A DNA stretch of 64,000 nucleotides from the human T2T-CHM13v2.0 reference genome, Homo sapiens (GCF_009914755.1 NC_060947.1), one strand, 5' to 3'; shown: positions 49,735 to 63,684, counted from the first letter of the stretch. A program made the numbers and translations. The notes: generated by a model from the letters alone, not told the origin.

Positions 49735-50200
49735 CAGTTTGGGTCCCCTGAGAGACAAATGATAAGATAGTATTGGATATGTGCAAGACTTATTGAGAGA
49801 AATGCCCTTGAAGGATAAAGGGGATTGGGAATCAGATTAATGTGGACACACTTTAGACTCCAGTGCAGATCTTACACTTGTGAAAGGGGAGAAAAGAGAG
49901 TAAGAAGGATCAGCAGAAGGAGCCTTAGAGTGCAATGCAGTTTGAGAAAGTCTTGGCCAGTTTAAAGGTGAGTCTCAGAACATAGATGCCCATTAGATGA
50001 GCCCCAGGAGTCCCACGTTGACATGGGACTGGCTTTTGTATACCAACTGTATTCAGTCACTAGCTAAGACCAACCTGAGAAGAGCATGGCTTTTGCATGA
50101 ATGCGGAGGCAAATCCAATGTGTGTGTCAGCTGGAGGCTCTCAGATAATTACTCTTCTCCAAGTTCTCTTTTGAAAAGAAATTTGAGTGGCAAACATAAT
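49735..50200. mobile_element. ERVL-type solo LTR (LTR16-like)
   Basis: GGGTCCCCTGAGAGACAAATG..GTGCAAGACTTATTGAGAGAAATGCC..; CAGCTGGAGGCTCTCAG. Confidence 0.55.
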
Positions 50201-51349
50201 GATTGCTCCTAAGATTCTTTCCAGAAAATGAAGATCAAGATTTCTTTTAATCAACTAAATATAGGCTCTTGGATTTATTCTGCATTAACTAGCATGTAAG
50301 GTTTCACTTCTTGATTAATATAATCATAAGAGAAAGAGAATAGAAAAACTTTTATTTGGAAAGTCACTCAATGAATTAGTTTCCTTGCTGTATGCTCTCT
50401 TGGCTGTAAGCTAAAAACAAACAATCCACAATAACCAACACAATACTGAAGCAGAAGATCAAAGTTGGAGAACTGATACTACTTGATTTAAAGTCTTGTA
50501 TTTTAGAAGTTTTGTAGTTTCACATAATACATTGAGGTCTGTGATCCGTTTTGAGTTAATTCTTGTGAAAGGTGTAAGGTTTGTGTCTAGATTTAATTTT
50601 TTGCATGTTGATATCCATTTGTTCCAGTATAATTTTTGAAAATACTATCCTTTCTCCATTGAATGGCTTTTGCTTCTTTGTCAAAGATCAGTTGACTATA
50701 TTTATATGGGTCTATTTCAGGGATTTCTATTCTGTTTCACTGATATATTTGTGTATTCTTTTACCAATATCATACTCTTGATTACTGCAAAATTGTCATA
50801 TATATGATTTGCAAATTTTTTTATTCCATCGGTTATCTTTTCATTTTGCTGATTGTTTCCTTTTCTGTGCAGAAGCTTTTAAGTTTGATGTAGTGTCACA
50901 TGTTCATTTTTGCTTTTGGTGTTGTGTCCAAAAACAATTATTGCCAAGACTGATGTCAAGGAGCTTTTCTCCTAAGTTTTCTTCTAGGAATTTTATGGTT
51001 TTAGCTCTTACATTTAAACCTTTAATCTATTTCGAGTTTTTTTGTGTGTGTGTATGTTGTAGGTTAAAGGTCCAATTTCATTATTGTGCATATGGATATC
51101 CACCTTTTCCAGCAAAAATTTTTAAAGAGACTGTCTTTAGTTAGAACACCAGAAGCATGACGCATGGAAGAAAAAACATGTATAATTTGAACATTTTTGA
51201 AATTAACGTGTTTTGTTCTGTGAATGTTAAGGGAATGAAAAGACTAGCTATTGACTTGGAGAAAATCTTTTCAAAAGACTTATCTGATTAAGGACTTGTA
51301 GCCAGAATATGCAAAGAAATCTTAAAATCCAGCTGTAAGAAAACAAATG

Positions 51350-51706
51350 TTGTAGTTTATTCAGGCTGCTAAACAAAATATTTAGACTGAGTAATTTGTA
51401 AGCAAAATAAATTTATTTCCTATAGTTCTAGAGGCTGGGAAGTTCAAGGTCAAGCCACCAGGAGATTCTCTGTCTGGTGAGGCGCCTCTTCCTCATAGAT
51501 GATACCTTCTTACTACACCCTCACATAATAGAAGCAACAGACAAGCTTCCTCAGGCATCTTTTATAAGGACACTAATCCCATTCATGAATGCTGCGTCCT
51601 CATGACCTAATCACCTCTTAATGGCCACACCCCTTAATAGTATTGTATTGGGAATTAGGTTTCAGCATATGCATTTTGGGGCAACACAAACATTCAGATT
51701 ATAGAA
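51350..51706 (-). mobile_element. MST (MSTC/MSTD-like) solo LTR
   Basis: TTCAGGCTGCTAAACAAAATA...CTTTTATAAGGACACTAATCCCATTCATGA...AAACATTCAGATTATAG. Confidence 0.82.
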
Positions 51707-52371
51707 ACAAACAAACTACAAATCACAAAAGATCAGAATAGACACCTCACCAAAGATGTTAAACAGATTGCAAATGTGCACATGAAAATCTGCTCATCAT
51801 CATATGTTATTAGGGAAATGCAACTTACAACAATGAGATGACACTACATATCTATTAGAATGGCCAACCTTTTTTTTTTTTTTTTTTTTTTTTAATGATA
51901 ATACCAAACAAGTAGTGGTGAGGATATGGAGCAGAAACACTCATTCATTGCTGGTGGGAATGCAACGTGGTATAGCTATGATGGAGGACAGTTTGGCAGT
52001 TTCTTTCAAAGCTAAACATAGTCTTACTATACAATCCAGCAATTACGTTTCTTAATATTTACCAATGAGTTGAAACCTTATGTCACATGAAAATCTCCAC
52101 ATGAATGTTTACTGCAGCTTTAGAAATTTATAATTTCTAAAACTTGAAAGCAACCAGATATCCCTTAATAGATTAATGGATAAACAAATTGTGATATATC
52201 CATACAATGGAATATTATCCAATGATAAAAAGAAGTGAGCTATCAAGTTATAAAAATACATGAGGGGACTTTAAAGGCTATTGCTACATTAAAGATGCCT
52301 ATCTTAAAAGGCTATACATGGTATGAATTCAAATATATGATATTCTGTAAAAGGTAATACTATGGCAAGAG

Positions 52372-54643
52372 TGTATTAGTCCGTTTTCATGCTGCTGATA
52401 AAGACATACCCAAGACTGGGCAATTTGCAAAAGAAAGAGGTTTAATGGACTTATAATTCCAAGTGGCTGGGGAGGCCTCACAATCATGGTGGAAGGCAAA
52501 GAGGAGCAAGTCACTTCTTACATCAATGGCAGCAGGCAAAGAGAAGTCTTGCGCAGGAAAACTCCCCCTTATAAAACCACCAGATCTCACGCGACTTATT
52601 CGCTATCATGAGAACAGCACAGGAAAGAACTGCACCCATGATTCAATTACCTCTCACTGGGTCCCTCCCACAACACCTGGGAATTCAAGATGAGAATTGG
52701 GTGGGGACATAGACAAATTATATAATTTCACCCCAGCCACTCCTAAATCTCATGTCTTCACATTTGAAAACCAATCATGCCTTCCCAACAGTGCCCCAAA
52801 GTCTTAACTAATTTCAGCATTAACTCAGATGTCCACGGCCCAATGTCTCATCTGAGACAAGGCAAGTCCCTTCCACCTATGAGCCTGTAAAATCAAAAGA
52901 AAGTTAGTTACTTCCTAGATACAATGGAGTTATAGTCACTGGGTAAATACAGCCATAACAATTGTGAGAAATTGGCCAAAACAAAGGGGCTACAGGCCCC
53001 ATGCAGGTCTGAAATCCAGCAAGGCAGTCAAATCTTAATGTTCCAAAATGATCTTCTTTTACTCCATGTCTCACATCCAGGTCACCTTGATGCAAGAGGT
53101 GGGTTCTCATGGTCTTGAGCAGCTCTGTCCCTGTGGTTTTTCGGGGTACAGCCTTCCTCCAAGCTGCTTTCACAGGTTGGTGTTGAGTGTCTGTGGCTTT
53201 TCCAGGTACATAGTGCTAGCTGTCAGTGGATCTACTATTCTGGGGTCTGGAGGATGGTGGCCCTCTTCTCACAGCTCCACTAGGCAGTGCCCCAGTAGGG
53301 ACTCTGGGTGGGGGCTCTGACTCCACATTTCCCTTGTGCACTGCGCTAGCAGAGCTTCTCCATGAGGGCCCCACCCCTGCAGCAAACTTCTGCCTGAGCA
53401 TCCAGGCATTTCCTACATTCTCTGAAATCTAGGCAGAGGTTCCCAAACACTGATTCTTGACTTCTGTTTACTCGCAGCCTCAACACCACGTGGAAGCTGC
53501 CAAGGCTTGGGGCTTGCACCTCTGAAGTCATGGCATGAGCTCTACTTTGGCCCCTTTCAGCCATGGCTGGAGCGGCTGTGATGCAGGGCACCAAGTCACT
53601 AGGCTGCACACAGCAGGGGGACCCTGGGTCTGGCCCATGAAACCGTTTTTTTCTCCTAGGCCTCTGAGCCTGTGATGGGAGGGGCTGCCGTGAAGACCTC
53701 TGACATGTCTTAGAGACATTTTTCCCATTGTCTTTGGCAATAACATTTGGATCCTTATTGCTTATATAAATTTCCACAGCCAGCTTGAATTTCTCCTCAG
53801 AAAATGGGATTTTCTTTTCTATGACATTGTCAGGCTGCACATTTTCCAAACTTTCATGCTCTGCTTCCCTTGTAAAACTGAATGCCTTTAATAGCACCAA
53901 AGTCACCTCTTGAATGCTTTGCTGCTTAGAAATTTATTCTGCCAGATACCCTAAATCATCTCTCTCAAGTCCAAAGTTTCACAAATCTCTAAGGCAGGGG
54001 CAAAATGCCACCAGTCTCTTGGTTGAAACATAACATGAGTTACTTTTACTCCAGTTCCCAACAAGTTCCTCGTTCCCATCTGAGACCACCTCAGCCTGGA
54101 CTTTGTTGTCTGTATAGCTATAAGCATTTTAGGCAAAGCTCTTCAACAAGTCTCTACAAAGTTCCAAACTTTCCCACATTTTCCTGTCTTCTTCTGAGCC
54201 CTCCAAACTGTTCCAGCCTCTGCTTGTTACCCAGTACCAACATCGCTTTCACATTTTCAGATATCGTTTCAACAGCACCCCACTGCTGGTACCAATATAC
54301 TGTATTAGTCCATTTTCACACTGCTGATAAAGACATATGTGAGACTGGACAATTTACAAAAGAAAGAGATTTAACGGACCTACAGTTCCACATGGCTGGG
54401 GAAGCACCACAATCATGGCAGAAGGTAAAAGGCACATCTCACATGGCGGCAGACAGGAGAAGAGAGCTTGTGCAGGAAAACTGTCCCTTATGAAACTATC
54501 AGATCTCACAAGACTTATTCACTATCATGAGAACAGCACGGAAAGACCTGCCTCCATGATTCAGTTACCTCCCACTGGGTCCCTCCCACAAAACATGGGA
54601 ATTCAAGATGAGATTTGGGTGGGGACATAGCCAAACCTTATCA
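52372..54643 (-). mobile_element. Complete THE1 (MaLR) element: LTR 52372-52725, internal 52726-54300, LTR 54301-54643
   Basis: Both LTRs start TGTATTAGTCC and end ..GGGTGGGGACATAG..; ~1.6-kb THE1-int between; 5-bp TSD AAGAG/GAGAG. Confidence 0.95.
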
Positions 54644-55104
54644 GAGAGTAAAATAAGTGGCTTTCAAGTGTTCAGGGGGACAAAGGGAGGGAGGAATAGG
54701 TGAAGCAATGAGATTTTTACAGTGGCCAAACTATTCTGTGTAGTACTGTAATTGTAGGTACAAAACATTATGCATGTGTCAAAACCCATAGAACTTTACA
54801 ATACTAACGGTGAACCCTTAGATAACCTATGAATTTTAATTAATAACAATGTATCAATATGGGTTTACCAGTTTTAACAAATGCATCACACTATTCAAGA
54901 TGTTAATAATAGTGGAAAATTTTGGTGGGGAGGAGTTTTGGAAATTTTCTTGTACAATCTGCTCATTTTTTGTGTGAACCTAAAACTGCTATAAGAAAAT
55001 GAAGTTGGTTGTTAATCTAAGAAAATCAAACAATAATGCCAGTACTCATTGACTCATGTTTTAGTGATCTTTGTCTTTCCTTTGACAGGTTTTAGAAAGA
55101 TATA

Positions 55105-55200
55105 AATTGCCCTCCTAATTCTGCCTTTTGCCAGTTATATGATCTTGGTCCATTTTCTGAACCTCAGTGTTCCCATTGGTGAAATATGGTTAACAATACG
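55105..55200 (+). mobile_element. MIR fragment
   Basis: TGATCTTGGTCCATTTTCTGAACCTCAGTGTTCCCATTGGTGAAAT. Confidence 0.55.
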
Positions 55201-55221
55201 CAACAGATAACATGTTGAGGA

Positions 55222-55489
55222 TACCTGCAGGAGGAAGAGTTGCATGAGATCTTCAATACATGTCCCTTCCTTTCACCTTTTTTAAATATTCTCTCCTAGC
55301 AATAAATAAATAAATAAATAAATAAATAAATGTGGGGCTTCCCCAGCCATGTGGAACTGTAGGTCCATTAAATCTTTCTTTTGTAAATTGCCCAGTCTTG
55401 GGTACCTGCAGGAGGAACAGTTGCATGAGATCTTCAATACATGTCCCTTACTTTCCCCTTTTTCAAATATTCTCTCCTAGTAATAAATG
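55222..55489. repeat. ~87-bp direct duplication enclosing an inverted THE1-LTR fragment
   Basis: TACCTGCAGGAGGAA.AGTTGCATGAGATCTTCAATACATGTCCCTT...CTCTCCTAG.AATAAAT at 55222 and 55403; 55331-55402 is THE1 LTR sequence in + orientation. Confidence 0.92.
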
Positions 55490-58023
55490 GGAACAATTTG
55501 AGACAAACATCCCTTGCATATTTTCTTATTGAACCATGTTTATTTCAATACCCACTCTCCTTTCCTCAATATCACTCAAATTTTTGTATTTTGTTCTTCC
55601 TTTTTTTATATTTTCAGATCTCAGAACACAACTTAGAAGGTACCTAGAGTATTTACAATAGGGTAGAAATAAGTTGTTCAGCATTCTATTAAGGAATTAT
55701 TTTTGGTGAATTGTTGAGGCAAATTGTTTGGTGAATTGACTGTACTCTAGCCATAGCACCATGAGAGATTGAAAAAATAATCATGAATAAAACATAAGTC
55801 CTGCTTTTAAGTAATTCACAGTCAGAGAAGATGCATGAGAAGAAACCATACTGATATAGTCATCAACACCTCAGTGTGAATTCATTTTAGATAGTTTTCT
55901 CAGACATATTGATGCATGAGATGTGGCCTCAGCATAAGAATGCTGTGAATCCCAGTGGGAGAAGGTATCCCTTAAAGGAAGGTGGGGAATTAGAGAAATT
56001 GAAGTTTACTAGCACTAAATAATACTCTACTTACTTTGAAATTATATTCATTAAGAGCAAATACTCTCCCCTTAAAATCCTATGCTTTGAAGTGAAAAAT
56101 TCAGTATGAAAGATTTGTATCGGTGGAAACAAAAAAAAAGAATTATTTATGTACATTAAGCTTTAAAGAGATTTTGGATTTTTAATCCTTTTATATTGTT
56201 TCTAAGAAACTCATTTTGGTCTTTTTGCACTACAAAATTAATGTTCCTACAGTGTTTGAACTTTTTGTTTCTCCTGCATGTATAAACTTTGAATATAGGT
56301 TTCAAAGAAAATTTAATAATCTTGTTTTGTTTTACATTTCCTTAATTAAGGTGTTAATTATGATCAAACTGCATGACATCACAATTTGTGAGGGTAAAAT
56401 TCACTTTACCCTCACTCTAATTTTTACTAATTTTATTAATAAATGATGTGTTTTCAGCAACGTTTTAATTCTTTTTATTCATGAATATTATTTCCTAGAT
56501 TAATGATATCTGTAGAACCTGAAATTAAAAAGCTATTCTGGAGCAATTAATTTATTTACCTGAATTTTCAATATTAACAGTGTTATTTTCATAATATTTA
56601 TATTCATTCATTTCATAATTTAAGTTTTTCATGAAACAGTGTATATATTTTTAGGTAATACCCACAATTCTAAGTATGTATGTCCCAAATTTCCTGAAGC
56701 TCTCTTCAGAAAAGTTACAGAGAATATTAATTAGATATGTATATTAGCTCTTTATCTAGATACTAGGATATAAAATAGATCATTCAAATATAATAGTATG
56801 TTTGCCTTCCAACTCATCCCTACTTTCCTTTTTAAATATAGCATACTTTTAAAATATTATTTTGTATTATTTCAAAGTTAAAGAGACCAAAAAAAAAGCC
56901 CTACCATTTCCATGAAATTAAATCTCCCTTCTAGAAAAGATGTATTCAGCATCTACTTGGGATTCTTTGCTTTAAAACTTCTGAAAGATTTCACAAAATT
57001 AACCATGAAAACATGACCAGCAGCATATATTTTCCAATACAGTATCTTTCATCACCTTTATGTCTGTTGGATTTTTATTTCTCACTATGTCTCAAACCCT
57101 TAGTGTTTTACATAGTAGTTCTGTCTTAAGATATAATGAAACTTATTTTAGTACAGAGACTTTTATTAAGAATAATACAGTGAATTTTATTATGGTGTAT
57201 TAGACCAGAATCTAGACAAATATTCTTACAGTGGATGTGGATGTTCTTATGAATCTATTACACTCTAGAGATTAAAATTTCTACAATAACATCAAATACT
57301 TCCTAGTGGACACAAACAGATATGATATACTATGAAGAATAAAACTTACAATTTAACCGTAGAATTTAGATTTCCAGCAGTGAATATATAAGCAATAAAT
57401 TATACAAGTGACTTTACCAGCAGTAGTAGCAAATTTTGAATAGAGAATAAAGCAACTGTGTTCCAAACGTGTCAGGAGAACATTAGTAGTATCATTATAA
57501 ATGCCAGATACCCACTCCTGCATCAATTCCACATATTTGAAATTCACTAGCTTGTGTGACCTCGAAGTTTCCAAATATTGAAGTTGTATCTGGCAAAGTG
57601 AATACCATAACACTAGTTACCTTGGCCCTAGAAATAGTCCCTGTTTTAGGGTTAAAGCATAATTACTTTATTACTAATGATAATTGGTGAAAATGTGAAT
57701 AACCGGTAGGGGAAATGATATTGGCTTGAATGATTCTGAAGATCAGCAACTGAGCTTGCTATGTGATATATTTTTTTAAAATGTTTGAGCCAGCTGGTAA
57801 GACCTTGTGTCAGAGGGTAACAAAACTCCAGTTGGTGGGCTGACATTTAGGATTACCAATATATATAGTCCATCTGACCTTTTTTTACACTTCCTTTTGG
57901 TGAGACTGATAACTGATATTCAATACAAAGTATTTAAATATAAACAGGTCATATTTGTAGCTGCCATGCTCAGAATAGTGATGCTGTAAGAGTATTCTAG
58001 CAGGTCTATTCTGATTCTCTCAC

Positions 58024-58461
58024 TGTTGCAAAACCAGAAAATCTGAGACAGGTCTTAGTTAATTTAGACAGTTTATTTTGCCAAGGTTGAGGACACACCC
58101 ATAACACAGCCTCAGGAAGTCCTGACGACATGTGCCCAAGGTGGTCAGGGCACAGCTTGGTTTTATACATTTTCAGGAGACATGAGACATCTATCAATAT
58201 GTAAGAAGTAAATTAGTTCCATCCAGAAAGACACAGACAGCTCAAAGCAAGCCCTACCCCACCCCACTGAGGGCTTCCAGGTCACAGGTAGGTGAGAGAC
58301 AGATGGTTGCATTCTTTTGAGTTTCTGATAAGTCTTTCCAAAGGAGGCAATCAGAATATGCATCTATCTCTGTGAGCAAAGGGATGACTTGAATAGAATA
58401 GGAAGCAGATTTGCCCTGAGCAGTTCCCAGCTTGAAGGGTCCCAAAGGTATTTTTCTTACA
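58024..58461 (-). mobile_element. MER4A-like solo LTR (ERV1)
   Basis: TTTATTTTGCCAAGGTTGAGGACACACCC..CAGCCTCAGGAAGTCCTGACGACATGTGCCCAAGGTGGTC; TG...CA termini. Confidence 0.88.
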
Positions 58462-59149
58462 TACTCTGTTTTCTGCTCTTTATCTCTACGTTCTCATTAT
58501 TGATTGCTATTTCAAGGTTCTGTCATTTCTTCTTTCATTGTTCTCAAGATCACTCTCACTTATTTTCAAATATTCTTTCTGTTGTTAAAACCTATTATAT
58601 TTATAGCAACTAACTGAAAATAAATAAGAAATTAGAATACAAACAAATAAACAACACTTCAACAAATAAATCTTGGGCTGGGCAGGTACCACTTCAGAGT
58701 ACCATCTATGCTTTTCCCATTGAAGAGAAACTGGCCATCCCAGAGGTGTTTCAGGCTGGCTATTTACTTGGCCACACTTTGTACTGTCTTCCCCTTAACC
58801 ACCCAAGGACAGCTATTCCATAAAGGCTAAGCAATGCTTCGTAAGAAATATTTTCCTCTGTTAGCATTTTGAATGTGTAATTTTAATAGAATGTGACAGT
58901 TAATAGTAGGAGCTGAAGAACAAGAGGTATGTGATGTAGAATAAAAGACAGAAACAACTATAATGTGCTATGACCAAAATGTACATGGAAGCAGACTAAG
59001 TAAGGTTTCAAAAGAGCATAGAAAAACACTCACTAAGAACCATCACGTATCCTGATGAAACTTCAGCCCAGTTCCAGTTTTATTGCGTAGATGTCTCCAC
59101 AATAATTTTTTTTTCTGAGTTAAACGGAATGAGTTCTTGTTGTTTATAT

Positions 59150-59830
59150 CAAACAGGGATATCATTAATTCTGACATGGTCTCAGAGCATCTAAATGACC
59201 ACTGTGATCCAAGAACCATCATTTCTCTGGATAATAATGTAGCCTCTTTATTGCTCTGCTTCGGTCTTTGCTCCAGAATCTACTCTCCAACAGCAGTCAG
59301 AGAGGTCATTATAAATGCATGATAGATAATATCATAACTTGTGCAATAACCTACAATGATTTCACATCCCAGAGTAAAAATAAAAAGTGCTTGCCATGGC
59401 TTAAAGAGGCCTCCATGGCTATTCCTCTATACTTGTCCAGCTCCAATTAGGGGCACTGGCCTCTTGACTCTTCTGGAAATACTCAGCAAACTTTTTTTTT
59501 TTCCTTCAGTCATTTGCACCTGTTTCCTCTGCCAGAAGTGAAGCCTCTTCCCTAGACATCAACTTGGCTCCCCCTGTCACTTCCCATCACTTTGAGAAGC
59601 TTCACCCTAGCCCTTCACCAGCACTCTATGTTCCGTTTATAGTGTCATTATTTTACTAAATTGTTACAACCTGATGGAGCATATATTAATTTATTATGTT
59701 TGTGGTCATTCATCCCCTGCTAGAATAGAAGCTCTACAATGGACAGTGGTTGTTTTAGTATATGGGATCACTAGCCCCTGAAATACTACCAAGTACTCAT
59801 AAAGCACTCAATAGATATTTTTTGAATTAA
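59150..59830 (+). mobile_element. L2 3' fragment
   Basis: CAACAGCAGTCAGAGAGGTC..; GCTAGAATAGAAGCTCTAC..; GCACTCAATAGATATTTTTTGAAT. Confidence 0.75.
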
Positions 59831-60574
59831 TTAGTTAATATACAAAACTTATGTATCATAACCTCATGATTAGAATCATCTAATTTCACACTGAAGGAAT
59901 ATATGATAGTTAGAAGGGGATAAGGAAAGAGAGGAGAATATGAATAAAAAGGTGGAGTAACTAAATTAAAATACAATGTGCATTTATATCTTCACAATAC
60001 AACTAAACTTCATCATCATTTGTCTAGAGATCTGAGACAAAAATCAGAAATAGAGAACAAGGAATGTGAGAATTAAAAGGAAATTACATTTAATAATGAT
60101 GTTTATGTAAAATGTGATAGGCTAATTTAATATAAATCCAAGAAAGAAGCATAAAATGGAGGATATATGGTAAATATGTGACACATAAAATTTTTATTAA
60201 AGCAAATTAGTTTAACATCATTTTATCATCAATTACTTCCTTATTCACAATTCAGTTTCACCTCCTTTGTATATATTTTAAGCTGTAACTTTGACACAAT
60301 TTATGACAAAGGAAATATATACTTCAATATTATCACACTGTTAGCCGAAAATATTTGAACAAAAATAAGTATTGCTTTCCAAATAATTTTCTTAAAGGAA
60401 GTACAGTCTTACCACTGAAAATTAAAACAACAATCTAGGTGAATTGTTATATTGTTCCAAATATGATTTATAAGATTCTAATGTTTTTATGACTTACAGG
60501 TCTTTTAAAAAACTATTTGAGAGACAGGAATGTATATTAGATTATTTTATCTGGTTTAGGTAGAATAAATGTAA

Positions 60575-60915
<341 letters not shown>

Positions 60916-61189
60916 TCATCATGCTTATATTTTCTAAATATTGAAAAGACTTAATAGCAATCAATTATTCCCTCCTTTTCTCCCTCCTTTATCCTTTCCT
61001 TTCTTTCATCATATACATAATATATATAAATATTAGATATATAAAGTGCTTATAATGTATCAACGTACAACATCAGTCAAAATCCCTACCCTTAAAACAG
61101 ACTAGTCAGTCTTCTTTTCTTCATTACATTTTCATTTCTTTCTGCCTTCCTTTCTTTCAATTATAAGATGTAATTCAGGAATATATCAT

Positions 61190-61268
61190 TCCTCCCTTTT
61201 TTTTTCTTCTCCTCCTTTCCTTTCTCCCTTCCTTCCTTTTTTATTTTCTTCCTCCCTTCCTTCCACAG
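61190..61268. repeat. CT-rich low-complexity tract
   Basis: Nearly pure pyrimidine run ending CCACAG. Confidence 0.8.
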
Positions 61269-61690
61269 GTATTCCACGAATAAGTACATGTAAAAGATCC
61301 AAATGATACGGAAGTATAAAGAGTAAAATACAAATGCCTACAACTGCCCTTCTTGTATTCTACTGCTCAGAGAGCAAATGTGGGTCATGAGAATACTCCA
61401 AACAAATATTCTGCTTCAGGAGAAGAATGACAGATTTTGTATGGAGGTTTAGCAACAGAGTCAGTTGTAGATCAGTTGGTTTGGGGAATAATTACTCCAA
61501 ACTGGTTCTTAAAAGAGGGAGGAATTTATGTTGTGAATTAGCTGTCAAAGGCTGGGCAATTTGTGTTTTCAAGAATGGTGAGGTGGAACAGTTAGGGCCT
61601 AAAAATATGTCGGTGCCAGAGTGGGAAATATTAAGTCCTTTGTGGTCTCTTACCTATATTTCATAATTATCTCTCATTGTCAAGTAATGA

Positions 61691-62120
<430 letters not shown>

Positions 62121-62399
62121 TAAGGATTATTCCCAAAAGAAAAAAATCAAAATTTTTTATTGAATTTCAATAATGACCTACAACTTTACTACCTTCTATG
62201 GCTATGGGTTATTTATCTACAGGTTAAAACAATAAAAATAGCTGTGTTTCAGGATTTTGTATGATGTTGACTTTCATTTTCAAAATTAATTTCATATTTT
62301 CACTCATATTACCTGCTTATTATCACCTGTTTTTTTTTCCTTATTTTTCCACCCCCACTTTCTGATAATTATTATGCATATTAAAACAAACATATATAC

Positions 62400-62760
62400 T
62401 ATCAAACTGGGAAGGCATAAATTATTGCTGAGTAAAATCCCCATACCACTTTCCCCCAGTCCCACCTTTTGAAGGTAACTATTTCTAGGAGTTTGCTGCA
62501 CAGTCGTCTTACTATATTTTATGAGTATTCCAGTATACATATGTTAAAGCAAAGGCAAACATTTCATCTATATATATACATATGTGTGTGTGAGAGTGTG
62601 CGTATAGGCATATAATGTCTTTTAAATACAAATTTAATTCTACAGTTCATATAATTTTGCATTTAAAAATAGAACAAAATCATCATGGATATTTTTTTGG
62701 ATCAGTACATAGAGATTTATTATATTCTTTAACTTCTTTGTATTATAGGCAGACTTGTAA
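62400..62760 (-). mobile_element. Old L1ME-type 3' fragment
   Basis: GAAGGTAACTATTTCTAGGAGTTTG..; CATGGATATTTTTTTGGATCAGTACATAGAG. Confidence 0.45.
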
Positions 62761-62869
62761 CTAACAGCTCCTTTCCACTTTCTAATTTAATCTGATTTTG
62801 TAAATCAAAGATTGCACCACTTAGAATTGCACTGTATTTACTTACTGGATGAGAGTGATTGTCTAAAAC

Positions 62870-63185
62870 ATTCTCCTATGAATCAAGTAGCTAAGTCTTC
62901 ACAATTTATTTCAAACGTCACATTCTCACAGCAGCCATCACCGACCACTGTCTATAAAGTTGCACCTCCCAACATACACCCACCCCATCACACTGTATCT
63001 TTCCTTTACAGTGCTAAGCACGATATGAAATTATCTTTTTTTTGCTTCTTCACTGGGACTAAATCTTCATTAATCAAAATCCTTGTTTGGCCTCTTCTTT
63101 GATCTATTTCCCCGTATCTAGATACCTCCCTGACACATAGTACATATTCAATATACATTGATAAAATGATTGAATAGATGAATGC
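62870..63185 (+). mobile_element. L2 3' end
   Basis: CCTGACACATAGTACATATTCAATATACATTGATAAAATGATTGAATAGATGAATG. Confidence 0.7.
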
Positions 63186-63684
63186 ATGGGTGTGTCCTTA
63201 TTGCATCAACTTTACTTACACATTTACCTGTCCCTTATTTACCTGTCCTTTTACACTGTAGAATGTTGAGAATGCCAGGTTAGTGAACTGTAAGAAAATG
63301 ATCAAGAATGCATACAAACTGGAAGACCTAGACTCCTAGGAGTAATTTCACAAAACGCAGATCTGAAGCTTGAAAAACTAAAGTTAAGAATAACTTGCAG
63401 GGTTTTTAGAATCATTTTCAGAGCATGACTCACAACAGCAAAAAGATCACAGTCTAATTTATTGAGAGTAGATGGGGCAATGTTATGAGGTGACAGAAAA
63501 AAAAGTAAAATGCCTTAGCTTCTATTTTGTTTCATTTTTTTCTTCTGCCAGAGTGAAAGAGCATCAGACTGGAGGGGATAGAACAAATAATTCAATGAAA
63601 ACATTGAACTTTAAAACAAGAGGAGAGACTAAAATAATATCTCCCTCAGAATGAGTTGTGTTGTAAGACTGAAGACAGTCTCTT

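Larger units (their letters stand above)
50430..55000 (+). mobile_element. Old L1 (L1MC-like) ORF2 end/3'UTR, rearranged, carrying nested MST and THE1 insertions
   Basis: Plus segments ~50430-50497, 51140-51349, 51707-52371 and 54649-55000; minus segments 50498-50789 and 50795-51137. Confidence 0.75.

Noticed and set aside
53346-54493. 186-aa and 162-aa ORFs in THE1
   Set aside because: Decayed MaLR internal or LTR frames common to THE1 copies
55618-55639. 22-nt exon-like stretch TTTTCAG|ATCTC...GAAG|GTACCT
   Set aside because: Weak donor, not frame-preserving, and expected by chance in T-rich DNA
57353-57613. 86-aa minus-strand ORF in non-repeat DNA
   Set aside because: No recognisable domain and no matching splice structure
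61190-61330. Strong acceptor-like CCACAG|GT after a CT-rich tract
   Set aside because: The tract is low-complexity sequence, there is no convincing downstream donor, and the following sequence looks like an old L1 remnant
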